Shown in pieces: positions 10,857-21,893 of a stretch of DNA of 33,882 bases. The position numbers were made by a program, and so were the translations under genes. Origin of the DNA: Trichinella spiralis (taxonomy: Eukaryota); contig NW_003526946.1 of NCBI RefSeq assembly GCF_000181795.1, forward strand, positions 131,677 through 165,558, read 5' to 3'. Below the pieces are notes generated by a model. The model was not told the origin of the DNA, did no database searches, and saw nothing but the letters and a program-made list of their open reading frames with translations. Each line of letters begins with the position of its first letter. Positions within the stretch are counted from its first letter, which is position 1.

Positions 10857-13498
10857 ATGCATAAGATGAAAGAAGTAACATTATTGACATTGCTGATTTT
10901 TTGCATTTTTCATTTCTGCATTGCTCAAACATCGAAATGTCGACAAGCTGATGGAGCAAATGATATAGATTGGTATGCGATTTGGAAATTTTTATCTTAT
11001 ATTAGCACTGTATAATCAGTATATCTTTGTGAATAACATTAGTATTCATTAAAAAAATTAATAATTAATAGTAAAGACAACAGAATCTCTTTTAATATTT
11101 TTTAATGCTCTCAAGGTATTCAAAGGGCTTTATGCTACGGTTACATTATAGCATTTATACCAAAACCTATTTCATGTTACATGTGAATTTAATTCTTGTT
11201 AAACACGTACTGCCATTTCACGCGGAGGGCAAAAACTTAATTTATGTCATTTATCACCGAGTAACTGTACATAAACTTTTGGCAACACTTTTGACTTTAC
11301 TTCATTTATGTTTCATTTACATTGGGGGATGCAAATGATAATAAAATTCCAATTCGCAAAAAGTGCAGTGTCTATAGTAAGTTAGTCATCAAATTTCATT
11401 TCATAAGCATTTAATAAATTTGTTTTCTTTTTTATTCAATGATATGCAACAATGTTGAGGTGGGCATCTAAATTATGATAATAAAAACAAAATAATTATA
11501 TAATTCATGAATAAAATTTCACACGAATTACATTTATAATATGGTATGTTTTTGAATTTACTTACCATTACCTACGCTTAACAAGCTTTGATGCTATGAA
11601 ATGTGACAAATACACATTGTAGAATTTTTACACATTCTGTTGTAAAAAGTAGTATAGAAAACATTAAGTTATCAACAGCATATAAGCAGAATAGGCAATA
11701 ATATAAAGGGACTTAAATTTTATTTCATCAAAAGTAATACCGCGTCGAAGTATGCATGTGAATGGCATTGCTATTATAGGGTGATTTTATACAAACCACC
11801 TGGAGAAAAAAGAGGAAAAATTATAGTAGCGGCGGCAGCGGCATGGGCTGCATATCCACAAGATCTTGACAATGGTGCTGGTCATTCTTTTCAAAAAGCA
11901 TTAGAAAGTGTTACTGGAACTCATGCAAATAAAAATTTCTTTGCATATAACAATGCTGCAGCTGGAGTAGTAGGAGTTAAAACAAAATCGAATAGCAAAG
12001 GTTTTTGCAGAATTAAAAAAAACGTTGCCATTAATGATGCATGTTTAGGTGTTGTAATATTGGATATTCGTGCTGGAACAGATGAAGCTGCTTGGATTGT
12101 ACATACAGTACCTGGTTATCCAAAACCAAAAGTGGCATACACATTTCCAGCATCAGAATATGCAAATGGTCATATGTTGATTTGCCTTACAATTGCTGAA
12201 TCTCAAATTGAACCAATAGGTTTGTTTTCTTATAATAAAGTGTTAATTTTAATATGACGCAATTAAATCTTGAAAGGCAATGGAAATGATTGCAGTTACT
12301 GAATTTTTTACAAGACCGCTTTTCTTGATTTCACTGTTCTTCCTTCGTTAATAATGACTTCTTTATTTTTAAAAAGTCTTTCTCTCTTTTAATGAAGATA
12401 ACAAAGAAGAGGAACGATCGATTAATGTTAGTTATACATTCTAAACCATTATTTATAATTATTATTATTTTATACATTACTTCGCTTTCATTGAATTCAC
12501 AATTCACAAGAAATCAATGCTTTTTTTTATTATAACGATGTACACTGTTGCAATAATAACAAAGATAAGAACAAATTCATCTATGAATGATAGAAAACTT
12601 CGTTAAAATTTTAGTAGGGAAGAAATTTATTATTATCTTTCTTGAAAATATGAATATCAAACTTTATTTCATTAATTTCATAAAATCACTAAGCATAACG
12701 GAATAGATATATTTCAGCGGTTGCTTTGTTTGTGGCATCACCATTCATCTATTACAATGATGTTCCTGATGCAGAAGTAAGTACCCGACCAACCCTAAAA
12801 AAGCTCCTGAATGGAGGAACTCCTACCCACCCACCTTTTTCATCAAAACAAACCATTAAAACACAAGCAGGAGCGCCAGTTTCAGTTCAAATATTCAGCA
12901 AATCTGGAAGATCAAAATATGGTAACTATTTTATTTGTAGAAAGATATTTTAAAATTTGCAAAATCATTAAACTCTTGAAATGTGCGTTAATACGGACAA
13001 AGCCTATAAATTGATTGTTGTGGAATTACCAGAAATTTGAATTTGTAATTTTACACACTCTTTTTTATTGCGAAGACATTTTAGCATTTTGTGCTACTAT
13101 TCCTCGAAATGATTTCAGAAATATACCAGAAAATAATATCAAAACAGTTGAAAAAGACAATAAAAGTTTGGTCAAGACGAGATAAAAAATTGAAAGCAAA
13201 TTGTAAAATTCCTGGAAGACATATACTTCTTGTTTCAAGTCCCATAAGTGTTGATGGACAAGCTAGTAGTTTAGAGAAGGATGCTACAAATTGGTTGATT
13301 CCTGAAAATGGCGATATTTTCTGTGCAGTTGACAAACCTTATGCCGTATGTTGCTGTGGTTTATAATTTCATTAATATATTTATGGTGATTTTCAGATAT
13401 CACAGAAATATGAACCAGCTGTTGCAGTTTGTATTCAGTTAGCGGATATTTTTGCACGTTTCAATACTATTGCTGCCAAAGTGGATTCCTGTTCTTAA
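10857..13498 (+). CDS. Secreted DNase II-family (plancitoxin/p43-like) protein, 346 aa, catalytic motifs degenerate
   Basis: Exons 10857-10972 (signal-peptide-like TLLTLLIFCIFHFCIA, ending IDW), 11780-12000 (VILYKPP..AYNN..SNSKG), 12049-12219 (WIVHTVPGYP..NGHMLICL), 12718-12921 (PFIYY..FSKS), 13119-13345 (KDATNW..FCAVD), 13397-13498. Total 1041 nt, open. AATAAA at 13544-13549. Confidence 0.9.
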
Positions 13499-14075
13499 AT
13501 TCAGTGTCGCCAAACACGTATCAGCATTCTTTTTTTAAACGGTAATAAATCGTTCCTGCCAATTAAAGTATCGTGCTTTTTGCATTAAAACAAATTTTTG
13601 TATTTTATTTTTGAAAACAACAAACAGATGCACACATTTAAAAATTTTATTTTCTGTGATGCTTCGTTTAATGAATGCAGTTTATTAATTTGTAAGCACC
13701 TCTCAAATTTCTCTGTCCTACTGCTCTCAATTGCCTGCTAACAGAATACATTAATTTATATGTATTGATTAATTCAAAATTGATTTTCCCTAATTGGTGG
13801 ATATCCTTTTTTTGTTTTTGTTCTTGCACAGGCAACTGCTTACCTGTATTACAAACAGATTAAACTAATAAACAGATGTAGATGAAAGCATATGTACGTT
13901 TTAATCGTCAAATAAGTTTATAAATAATCAATTATATACATGGACATGGAAAACACCGCAAGTTCGATGTCAGATCATGATGATGTTGTCAGATGATGGA
14001 TAGAGTTGTGTAAGGTAGGAGTGACGTAGTGAAGAAGTCGGTGTCGATGAAGTATTGTTTGCTCTAATACTGTGG

Positions 14076-14420
14076 TCAAGCTTCAGTGCTACGATCTTTT
14101 GTGCAACGTGTATCGCCCCCTGTTCGTGTCTTCAGTTGAATAAACAGTGTTTCAGTAGCGGCCCTATGGCGTTTCAAATTGAATGCCGACAAAATAATAA
14201 AGCTGCCTTGACATACTGTAACTCGTAGCTGCTCGGCGTTAAAAGCAACGTTGCCATCTTTCCACTCAGTAACATGCTGCGAAGTCTCTACCAATGGACG
14301 GTGAACATTGAAAAACGTCAAAACCGCATTATATCGTTCAACCCACCTCGTTTCACAAAGCATTTTAAGATGGCCGTATTTTTGGTTCTTAAACGTACCT
14401 TCTGCAACACTTCTCTGAAG
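14076..14420 (-). mobile_element. hAT-family transposase fragment (THAP12/ZMYM1-like)
   Basis: HLKMLCETRWVERYNAVLTFF..LVE matches the LCxTRWxxR motif of hAT transposases; similarity is lost after SFII; no intact element visible. Confidence 0.75.
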
Positions 14421-14489
14421 ATCACTATCGCGGCAATTTGACAGCCTTGGTCACGGTAACAAGGACCCTATGCTGCATGAGGGATTAGC

Positions 14490-15050
14490 TGATTTTGTTC
14501 AGCGAACAACGTCCTCTTGCAAAAACAATCTCAGCGACACGTTATCAGATGATCAAAAGAAGGGGCGGTAGTAATGAAGCCACTAAAGGGCCATCGGTGT
14601 GGCAGGACAAGCGGCGAAAAAAGAGACAAAATCTCTGGGGTTCGACGGAAGCCGACAGAAGCTTAGATCGGCGCCCGGATAGTGCGCACTTCCTAAAGTG
14701 CATGCGTCCACGATGTACAACCACAGGGCCAAACGCTTTCCCAATCAAGATGCAAACAAGGTCTAATAGAAACAACGCTCATCAGCCAGGTGCTGTCAAG
14801 AGATCCTACGGCTGGTTACTCAAGACGGGTAAGCAGAACTTATACTGAAAAGCAACGACGAGTTCTGATATATACGAGTAAATAGACCAGCGGCAGACTT
14901 GATATCATTGATCTTGAGCGGTATCTTGAAGCTCTAATGTGCAAACACCTAACCTTCAATGGGTTCTGATATATACGGGTGAATACCTTCCAAAAATACT
15001 GAAACGTGTAAAATGTAAAATAAATCTTTTGCAATAAAACAGTTATTATT
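14490..15050 (+). mobile_element. Degenerate MULE/FLYWCH-associated transposon remnant (tentative)
   Basis: GC-richer than its flanks, no exon structure. Broken peptides STMYNHRAKRFP (~14708-14743), RRVLIYTS and KHLTFNGF*YIRVNTFQKY* resemble, from memory, FLYWCH-MULE repeat ORFs; multiple stops. Confidence 0.4.
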
Positions 15051-15120
15051 TGAATAATGAAAATTCATAAATGGTGATAACAGTCAACTTAGTAAAAATA
15101 TGGAAATGATAAGTCACGTC

Positions 15121-15411
15121 ACGGGGTGGTTTTACTCGGTCCCGCTTTTCTCTCATTGGTCTTTGCCCACGCTATTTTATTAGACCGTCAAATCTTTGTT
15201 GTATTGGTTTTCATTTTGTTTGGCCGTTAAGTCTTTGTCGTATTGGTTTTCCTTGTCTAATTGCTCAGTAAAGTCTTTGTCGCATTGGTTTTTTTTGTCT
15301 AATTGCTCATTAATTCAAACTCTTCAGTTGTGATTAAGATTTGACGGTCCAATAAAATAGCGTGGGTAATGACCAATGAGAGAAAAGCGGGACCGAGTAG
15401 TACCAAACCGT
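15121..15411. mobile_element. MITE / non-autonomous DNA transposon with 76-bp inverted arms and internal ~40-bp tandem units
   Basis: 15121-15196 is the reverse complement of 15336-15411 with 7 mismatches. Internal units start near 15192, 15231 and 15273 (tctttgtYgYattggtttt). No TSD found. Confidence 0.85.
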
Positions 15412-15659
15412 TATAATTGTACCGAGCTAGAACATGCTGATATTGTTGTGCCAAAGGGGATTTAGGACATCTGATTCGAAAGCGTCGAGAAAAGATTTCG
15501 CAACAGAATACGTAAAGATGTGCAAGAAATTTTAATTTTCAAATTTATTCCTTCTTCATACATTGGTAATGAATCTATTTTAAAATGTTTCAATTGAAAT
15601 GAATAAGTAAAATTGTTAACCGTGTTAAAAGCACAAATATTTTTGGAGACAAATAAACA

Positions 15660-17144
15660 TTACGAGTGGTTGTTTTTGTTGTCGTGCTTTTTCGTCAATT
15701 CTTCCACGACCGAATCGTCAATGTACTCGTCGTCATTTTCTAAATCTTCAATGGGGTAGCGTAGAATGGCCGCCACCCCGCCCATGTAGGCGAGCTGCTC
15801 ACCGCTGAGGTGGAGGCTGGAAAAAATTTTCACCTCACCACCTTGCTTTTTCACACTTTCCACCAGGCTGACGTAGCGACTGCGTTTCACAAAATCCATC
15901 GACCTGAACAACGCATCCGAGATGAGCAACGTCTTTATCGACAATAGTTCGTTGGCATGTTCCACATGTTTGATTCCGTAGAATGCCCGGTTGGCGTCTT
16001 GCAAAAGCATCTCGTGGAACGCTTCCAGAGCTTTGGTCTCACCAGCAGCTTTGGTGTCTTTCAGCTTGGCCGAAATGGCCGGATTGTTCAAAATCTCTTT
16101 CAACGCGTGCTTGTGACCAGTGGTCGATTGGACCAAAATGAACTGAAAATAAGCAAATTTGTCGTCATTGGAAAAATTAACATTCTTCCATCTCCAAAAT
16201 CCCAATTACCTTGGATTTGTTGTTCAACAGTACTTCGTTTTTAGAACTGTCTTCGGAATACAAGTATGCGAAAAATTGATCTCGCAAAAAACCCGGACTA
16301 GCAATGAGCACGCATTTTACTACGTCGAAATTGACGTTCAACAGCAACGCTGCTTTAACGGCTTCAAAAAATTTCTTGAAAGCCACCTGCCGTTGGGAAG
16401 CGTTGTAACGGCTTTTCTGAGGAATGCTCTTTGTAATTTTCGCCCGTGAAATAGTCATCGTGTTTGTGATCAAGCAAATATGCGCCAAACCGTCCTGCAT
16501 CACAACAGCCGCCAAATCAGCCTCGCTGCTAGCGTTGCATGCTTCGTTGATTCGTTCCATGTGAACCACATCCCATTTACATTTGTAAACTGTAAATTTA
16601 CGTTTCAACTGCAAATTCAGCGTGTGATATGCTCCCAGCTGCAACAACATTTCTCTTCTTAAAAACAATTTATCACAGTTATTTCAATAATATTACTTTA
16701 ACGAATTGATTTTCTTCAATGTTTTTCCCGCTAACATGCAGTGCACCGTCCTCTTTGTCGTAGAATATTTTTTCCACTTCCACTGTAAGAACAAGTTGCA
16801 TTTTCGAAGTTGAATGACCGGATAAACGATCAAATGTCACCTTTCTAAACATAACAAATAAATCATTAAAATAATGAAAAAATACATATAAGATAAAAAT
16901 TTTATTTCAAATTAAATCACCGCGTAGTAGAAGTTCGAACGTTGTCACCAACTTGCACAAGATTGTATGTATGCCACATATCCTCAGGTTCTTCGGCAAG
17001 AAATGTGAAGAAACTAAACAGATCAAATTTCAAAAAAAAATTTATAAAATCAAAGTTTTTTTCTAACAACAAGAAACTATAATTAAAAATAAATGCAACT
17101 CACCCTGAGCCGCTGGAATCGATTTGCTTCTTCAGCACCTTCAT
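15660..17144 (-). CDS. pelo: Pelota/Dom34 ribosome rescue factor (397 aa)
   Basis: Exons 17144-17104, 17013-16921 (EEPEDMWHTYNL..GD), 16844-16697, 16638-16210 (GAYHTL, DLAAVVMQDGLAHICL, ASPGF), 16142-15660 (RAFYG, LLISDALFRS, HLSGEQL..GGVAAILRYP). Total 1194 nt. Confidence 0.97.
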
Positions 17145-17149
17145 CGCGT

Positions 17150-17294
17150 CTAAAATTGAATTTAAAGATATAATCTTTAGTTCTTTTCCTATTTGATATA
17201 AATAAAATAGAAAAATACAAAAATTTTCTGATCCAACAGTTATTACAAATACATCAAAAACACACAATCTCGGCAGCAACATACCATCTTTAAT
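17150..17294 (-). promoter_or_regulatory. Candidate poly(A) signal of bestrophin plus splice acceptor (possibly trans-splice) 5 nt upstream of pelota ATG
   Basis: Minus strand: ATTAAA at 17294-17289, then a GU-rich tract, UAYYUU-type hexamers, and TTCAATTTTAG|ACGCG-ATG (AG at 17151-17150). Confidence 0.5.
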
Positions 17295-17515
17295 TTCGAC
17301 AGAAAAAATAATTTTTTTCAATGTCACATAAAATCGACATAAACAATAAGAAATAGGCAACCAGACAGAAAAAACAATCTTCTTTAAAGCATGCTAAAAA
17401 AGCAAACAACAATTCTTCTGTATGAACATCGGTTTTCATAAAAAGAAAAAAAATACATATCATCGTGGGTTTCGAGAAAAATAAAATTTCAATATAAAAA
17501 AAAGTTTTTTACATA

Positions 17516-20500
17516 TCAAACTTTATTCTCATTATCTTTTGGTTCATCGCTTTCATCTGGTGAAAGAACTTCATCAACATCAGGTTCATCCAATCGCAAA
17601 GCTTCGTTTACAAAAGCAGACTGAAGTGCAGAAGAATGATGCAGTGATTCAATCAAGTTCATCTGACTGTCTGCTGCATTTGGCGACTGCACAGATAAGT
17701 TATCTTGGCTTTCCATAGCCATAGCTGAAATAAATAAATTCAGCACATTCTGTAGGTTTTTTTTCTTCGTAAAATTTTTCAAAATACTTACTTCTAACTT
17801 CTTGACCTTCTACAGCTACAGATGCCGCATCAACCGACGAATCTTCGTCTGGTCGATGTAAACTTTCAGTGATCGTCTCCAAGCGATTATGCGAAGGACT
17901 GGTAGACACTTCTCGAGAAAGTCCTTTCTGTCTATCGTCTAAAAGAACAATAATACGACTTTCAAGTTGTCGACTATGGTTTAAATAAAAAAATCCAATT
18001 GAACCACCTAAATGCTTGTTATCGTAATTGGAAATTTTGCGCATCACATCAGCAGATCGTTCAGCAGCAGATGCTTTTCTTCGAAAAGATCTTCTACTAG
18101 ATCGCTGAGAATTGGACCGAGAGAAATCCTCGTGGCAGTTGTGACGAGCTGTCTGCTTCGACAACTTGCGACGTGCTGAACAAAATTGTAAAATGCAAAC
18201 ACAAATGAACAATAAAAATAAATAATGCTTTACAAGCTGAAAGTGGACTTTCGACATTTTCGTGCGATCCTGTAGAACTCAAAAAATGCCTCAACGGACG
18301 GGTATTTTCCATGAGAGCTTTGCTAACTTTGCGAAACCGACTCAATCCGTCTTCATGTTTCGAAGTCTCTTCACCGTCAGATGGCGCAAGTTCAGCTTTT
18401 TCAGGTTTAATTCTGAAAAATCAAACCAATTACACAATGATCAGAAGAGATTTTCAATTTCTGAAAAGAAAGCATACTCAATCGCACTTGCTGAACCAAT
18501 TTGAGGATTGTCTTTCAAACCAATAGAAGCAGCCGTGTGCGGAATTTCTGCCTGAACATCATTCCAATGAATATCTCTTTCCAAAGGAGGTATTCGGCCA
18601 TAATTTTCATCCGCTATCAAATATCCAGCCTGAAAAAAACCACACATGGCTGAAAAGAAAACAACAAACGATGAACAACGCACTTGTAAATTTCGTTCGA
18701 CAATATAATTGATTTCAAAATCATCATCATCCTCGCCAAGAGGATTGATCAATGATTCTGCCACTTTCAGCCAACCCATGTAGAATACAAATTGCAAAAT
18801 TGTAAAAATTGGAACATACAAGTCTACATTATGACCGGGGTAATTCTTGGACGGATTTAAATATTGTCGAGCCATTAAAGATGCGGCAAAAAAGCCATAA
18901 ACGGCAATTGTGACTACCTAAAAAAAATAAAATATTATCTAAACTGTTTTCGAAAAATTCATTCACAGGATGTTCACAAAGAATAAAAATAAAGTAAAAA
19001 AACAAAAAAACATACGAATTGCACTGATACAAAACTTCATACTGACAAACGTTGTACAAACTGCCCAACAGTTGGCAGATGATACACTGCAGTTGATTTT
19101 AATAATGACTTACAGTAAACCAAACATACAGTATACTTAGACAATTAAGTTTTATTTTTGGAAGTTAAAAAAATTCGCAAAATTTGAAATGATTTTACAA
19201 TGTGAAAAGTACAATAAATAAATAAATAATTAATTAATATGTAAAAAATCAATATTTATGTTGTACTATTGCTGTTATTGTTTTTTAGATGAAATAAAAA
19301 GTTTACCTGCGTATATACTAAAGGCACACTTATCCAATCATAATTCAGAAGCATCATCAGATTCTGTCTGTAATTCATAATGTCCTGAAAAATATTTAAA
19401 ATTTAATTATATTTACAGAGAGAACTATTTCACGCATAAGGTGACATACGTCGATCATTTGATTCAATAGCAGATCATTTTCAATAAGCGACTCTTTCCT
19501 CGCTTTGCACAGCAACGTGCAACACCACTGAATCGGAATCCAATATTTGTGATGAAGACATTTCACTTCTTCGTACTGTTTCAGCTCTTCTTCATTCATG
19601 AAGCCTATTGTTGTTTGAAAGTGAATTTTTTTTTATTTTGTAAAATTTATCATTTAACATGCAATACCACTCTGAATGACCATCTCGATGGTTGGAAATC
19701 GTTTTTTCACCGCTGAACTGATGTCCCGTAGCACGAGCGTCTGTGCCAAGTTTAAATATCTGGCCACAGTACGTCGAACCATTCTTCCTTTTTGATCAGC
19801 ACTTTGTACATAACAAGCTACTTGTAAAACTATCCTATCAATGAGCAGTTTCAAAAATAAGTCATATAATATAATGTATAATTTCAATAATTTTGATCTT
19901 TATTTTCAATGTTGACCAGCTGAACAATCCCAATAATATCAGTACTACAAGCGCATAGTTTATATTTGCATTGGAAATCAGTTGATTGTTGCTTGCAATG
20001 ACGCAACGTGTCACGCAGTTTCAAGCGGTTAAAGATGCTTAATTGCTTTCAGAGAAAGCAAATTTTAAAAAATCAACCATACAAAGCGTCCGAGACATCC
20101 GAAAAATTTTAATGGTCAACTCGAGCGTTATTGAAGAATTAAATAAAAAGAAATAAATAAATAAATAAAAGAAAAAGCAAAGCAATGCTTTTCCTTTTAA
20201 TAAAAAAAGAGAAATAGAATAAGCCAATTTTTTTTGCAATCACTTCATTTCTAGGTCAAAGATTATGAAGCATCTAATTTGCTTAAAAGTTGAGCATAAA
20301 TAAACCGGTTGTTGGAGAAGTGAACGTTTGGTGAGAAAATTTGCACGTCCAGTTTGGACAAGTTTTTAATGGAAATTGCAATTGCGTTTGTTGATTATTA
20401 CACAGCAGACGCCATGCCGTTTCTGGACGAACAAAACAAAATTTCGCCAATTGGAAAATTTTCACAACACAAAAAATAAATACATATATATATACTATAT

Positions 20501-21893
20501 ACTAATTAACGTTTGAATTAATTTATTCATTATTTTAGCATATTAATTAACAAAAAATGTTAAAAATGCAAAATTTCTCTTTTTCATACCGATAAATTTA
20601 TTATTATTATTATCAATGCTGGTATCAAATATTTGCACTGGTGGAAAATATATTTCGATTCAATTTTGCTAATGAGCAAAAAAAAGAGTGTGAAGTGAAA
20701 ATTTACCAAATTAATTGCATGAAAATAAATGAATGACTGAATTCCATTCGATGGACAATCAAAACGTATACAATTATTTGAATCATAAAACTGTCGGCTG
20801 ATCTACTGTAGGCGATTCATCTTAACAAACAAAACTATTAAAGCAAAAAAAAACAAATTTCTTTTTCTTCGAGGAACTCAATTATAATTCATTATTTAGT
20901 AGAATAAAAAAATAAATAGTGCATCGATCATAAAAGAAAACTGGTAAAATTTGTAATTCAACTGTCGAAATTGCAAAAACATTCAAACACCTTCATGCAT
21001 GATAATTCAATGTTCAATAGAAAAAATGTACAGAATTTCAAAATTATATTTTTTTAATTCTAAAAATAAAATAAGATTAATAATAATAATAATACAAAGA
21101 ACAAATAAAAAATTTATAAATTCAAAAAATTAATTTATCATTCACTATTTTTTTAAAAAAGTACAGTGAAATGGAGAAATGAAGAACAGTTCTGAAGCCA
21201 ATTAACGCAATGAAGCAAACAGTCAGAGAATTTTGTTTAATGTAGAGTTAATGAAGCAATAATCTGTTGTGAACGGAAAATGTTCACAAATTTGAAATGA
21301 AATTATTTCCAAAGATTATTTCTTTTTCTTTTGAATGAAATTATGACAAAAATCCGAAAATTGTCCCCAAAATAAGTAGAATATGATTATGATTCATGCA
21401 CATTAATTGGCAATAGTTTTGTCATTAAATTGAGAACAACCAGATGAAATTAAATTGAAAAATTGGGCTGACAGCTGGTGTGAAAATGAAAAGCATACAA
21501 ACTACCTGTCCGGCCAGCCGATGTTCATGAACACGTCCCACCAACGGGTCACCACCATTGATACGTAAAAGCCAAGTATAAATGTCAATGGGATGAAGGA
21601 CAAAGAGCGTTCACAGAACAAGGATAATTTTTCAAAATGTCTGAAAAATTCAAAAAGAAAAGTATATATGTAAATATATGGTTGAAAATAATTTGAATAT
21701 AAAATTCAGCTTACACACGCTGATCTTCATTCAAACCATGTCGGTAAACAAGACTGAGAACAGTGTACAAGGTTAGATAAATGATCGCTTCTTTGTACAT
21801 CAATTTGTAAATACTTCCACGCCATCTTAATAAAAGCTTCAAAAATGTGGCTAACGTCGACGTGCTACATTCAAGACTGTACGTGACTGTCAT
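17516..21893 (-). CDS. Bestrophin Ca2+-activated anion channel (~600 aa)
   Basis: Exons 21893-21715 ([17 protein letters not shown]), 21640-21506 ([16 protein letters not shown]), 19834-19668 (KRFPT), 19604-19450 (KYWIPIQW), 19384-19307 ([12 protein letters not shown]), 18917-18684 ([21 protein letters not shown]), 18629-18478, 18412-18234, 18175-18008, 17938-17792, 17724-17516. The last four exons rest on splice sites and phase only. Confidence 0.95.

Noticed and set aside
12505..12625. Possible decayed copy of DNase II exon 4 (FFYYNDV versus FIYYNDV) within intron 3
   Set aside because: The match is short, AT-rich, and does not extend or carry clear splice sites.
14110..14128. Second CTCF-like sequence (CGAACAGGGGGCGAT on -)
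   Set aside because: Mismatches at key core positions and lies within the hAT-derived ORF.
15192..15313. Regular ~40-bp repeats as a CRISPR-like array
   Set aside because: Units are contiguous degenerate tandem copies without unique spacers, inside inverted arms, in a eukaryote with no cas genes.
17516..17530. Bestrophin C-terminus ENKV as a ligand for the neighbouring PTP PDZ domain
   Set aside because: Position -2 is Asn rather than Ser/Thr, and genomic proximity is not evidence of interaction.
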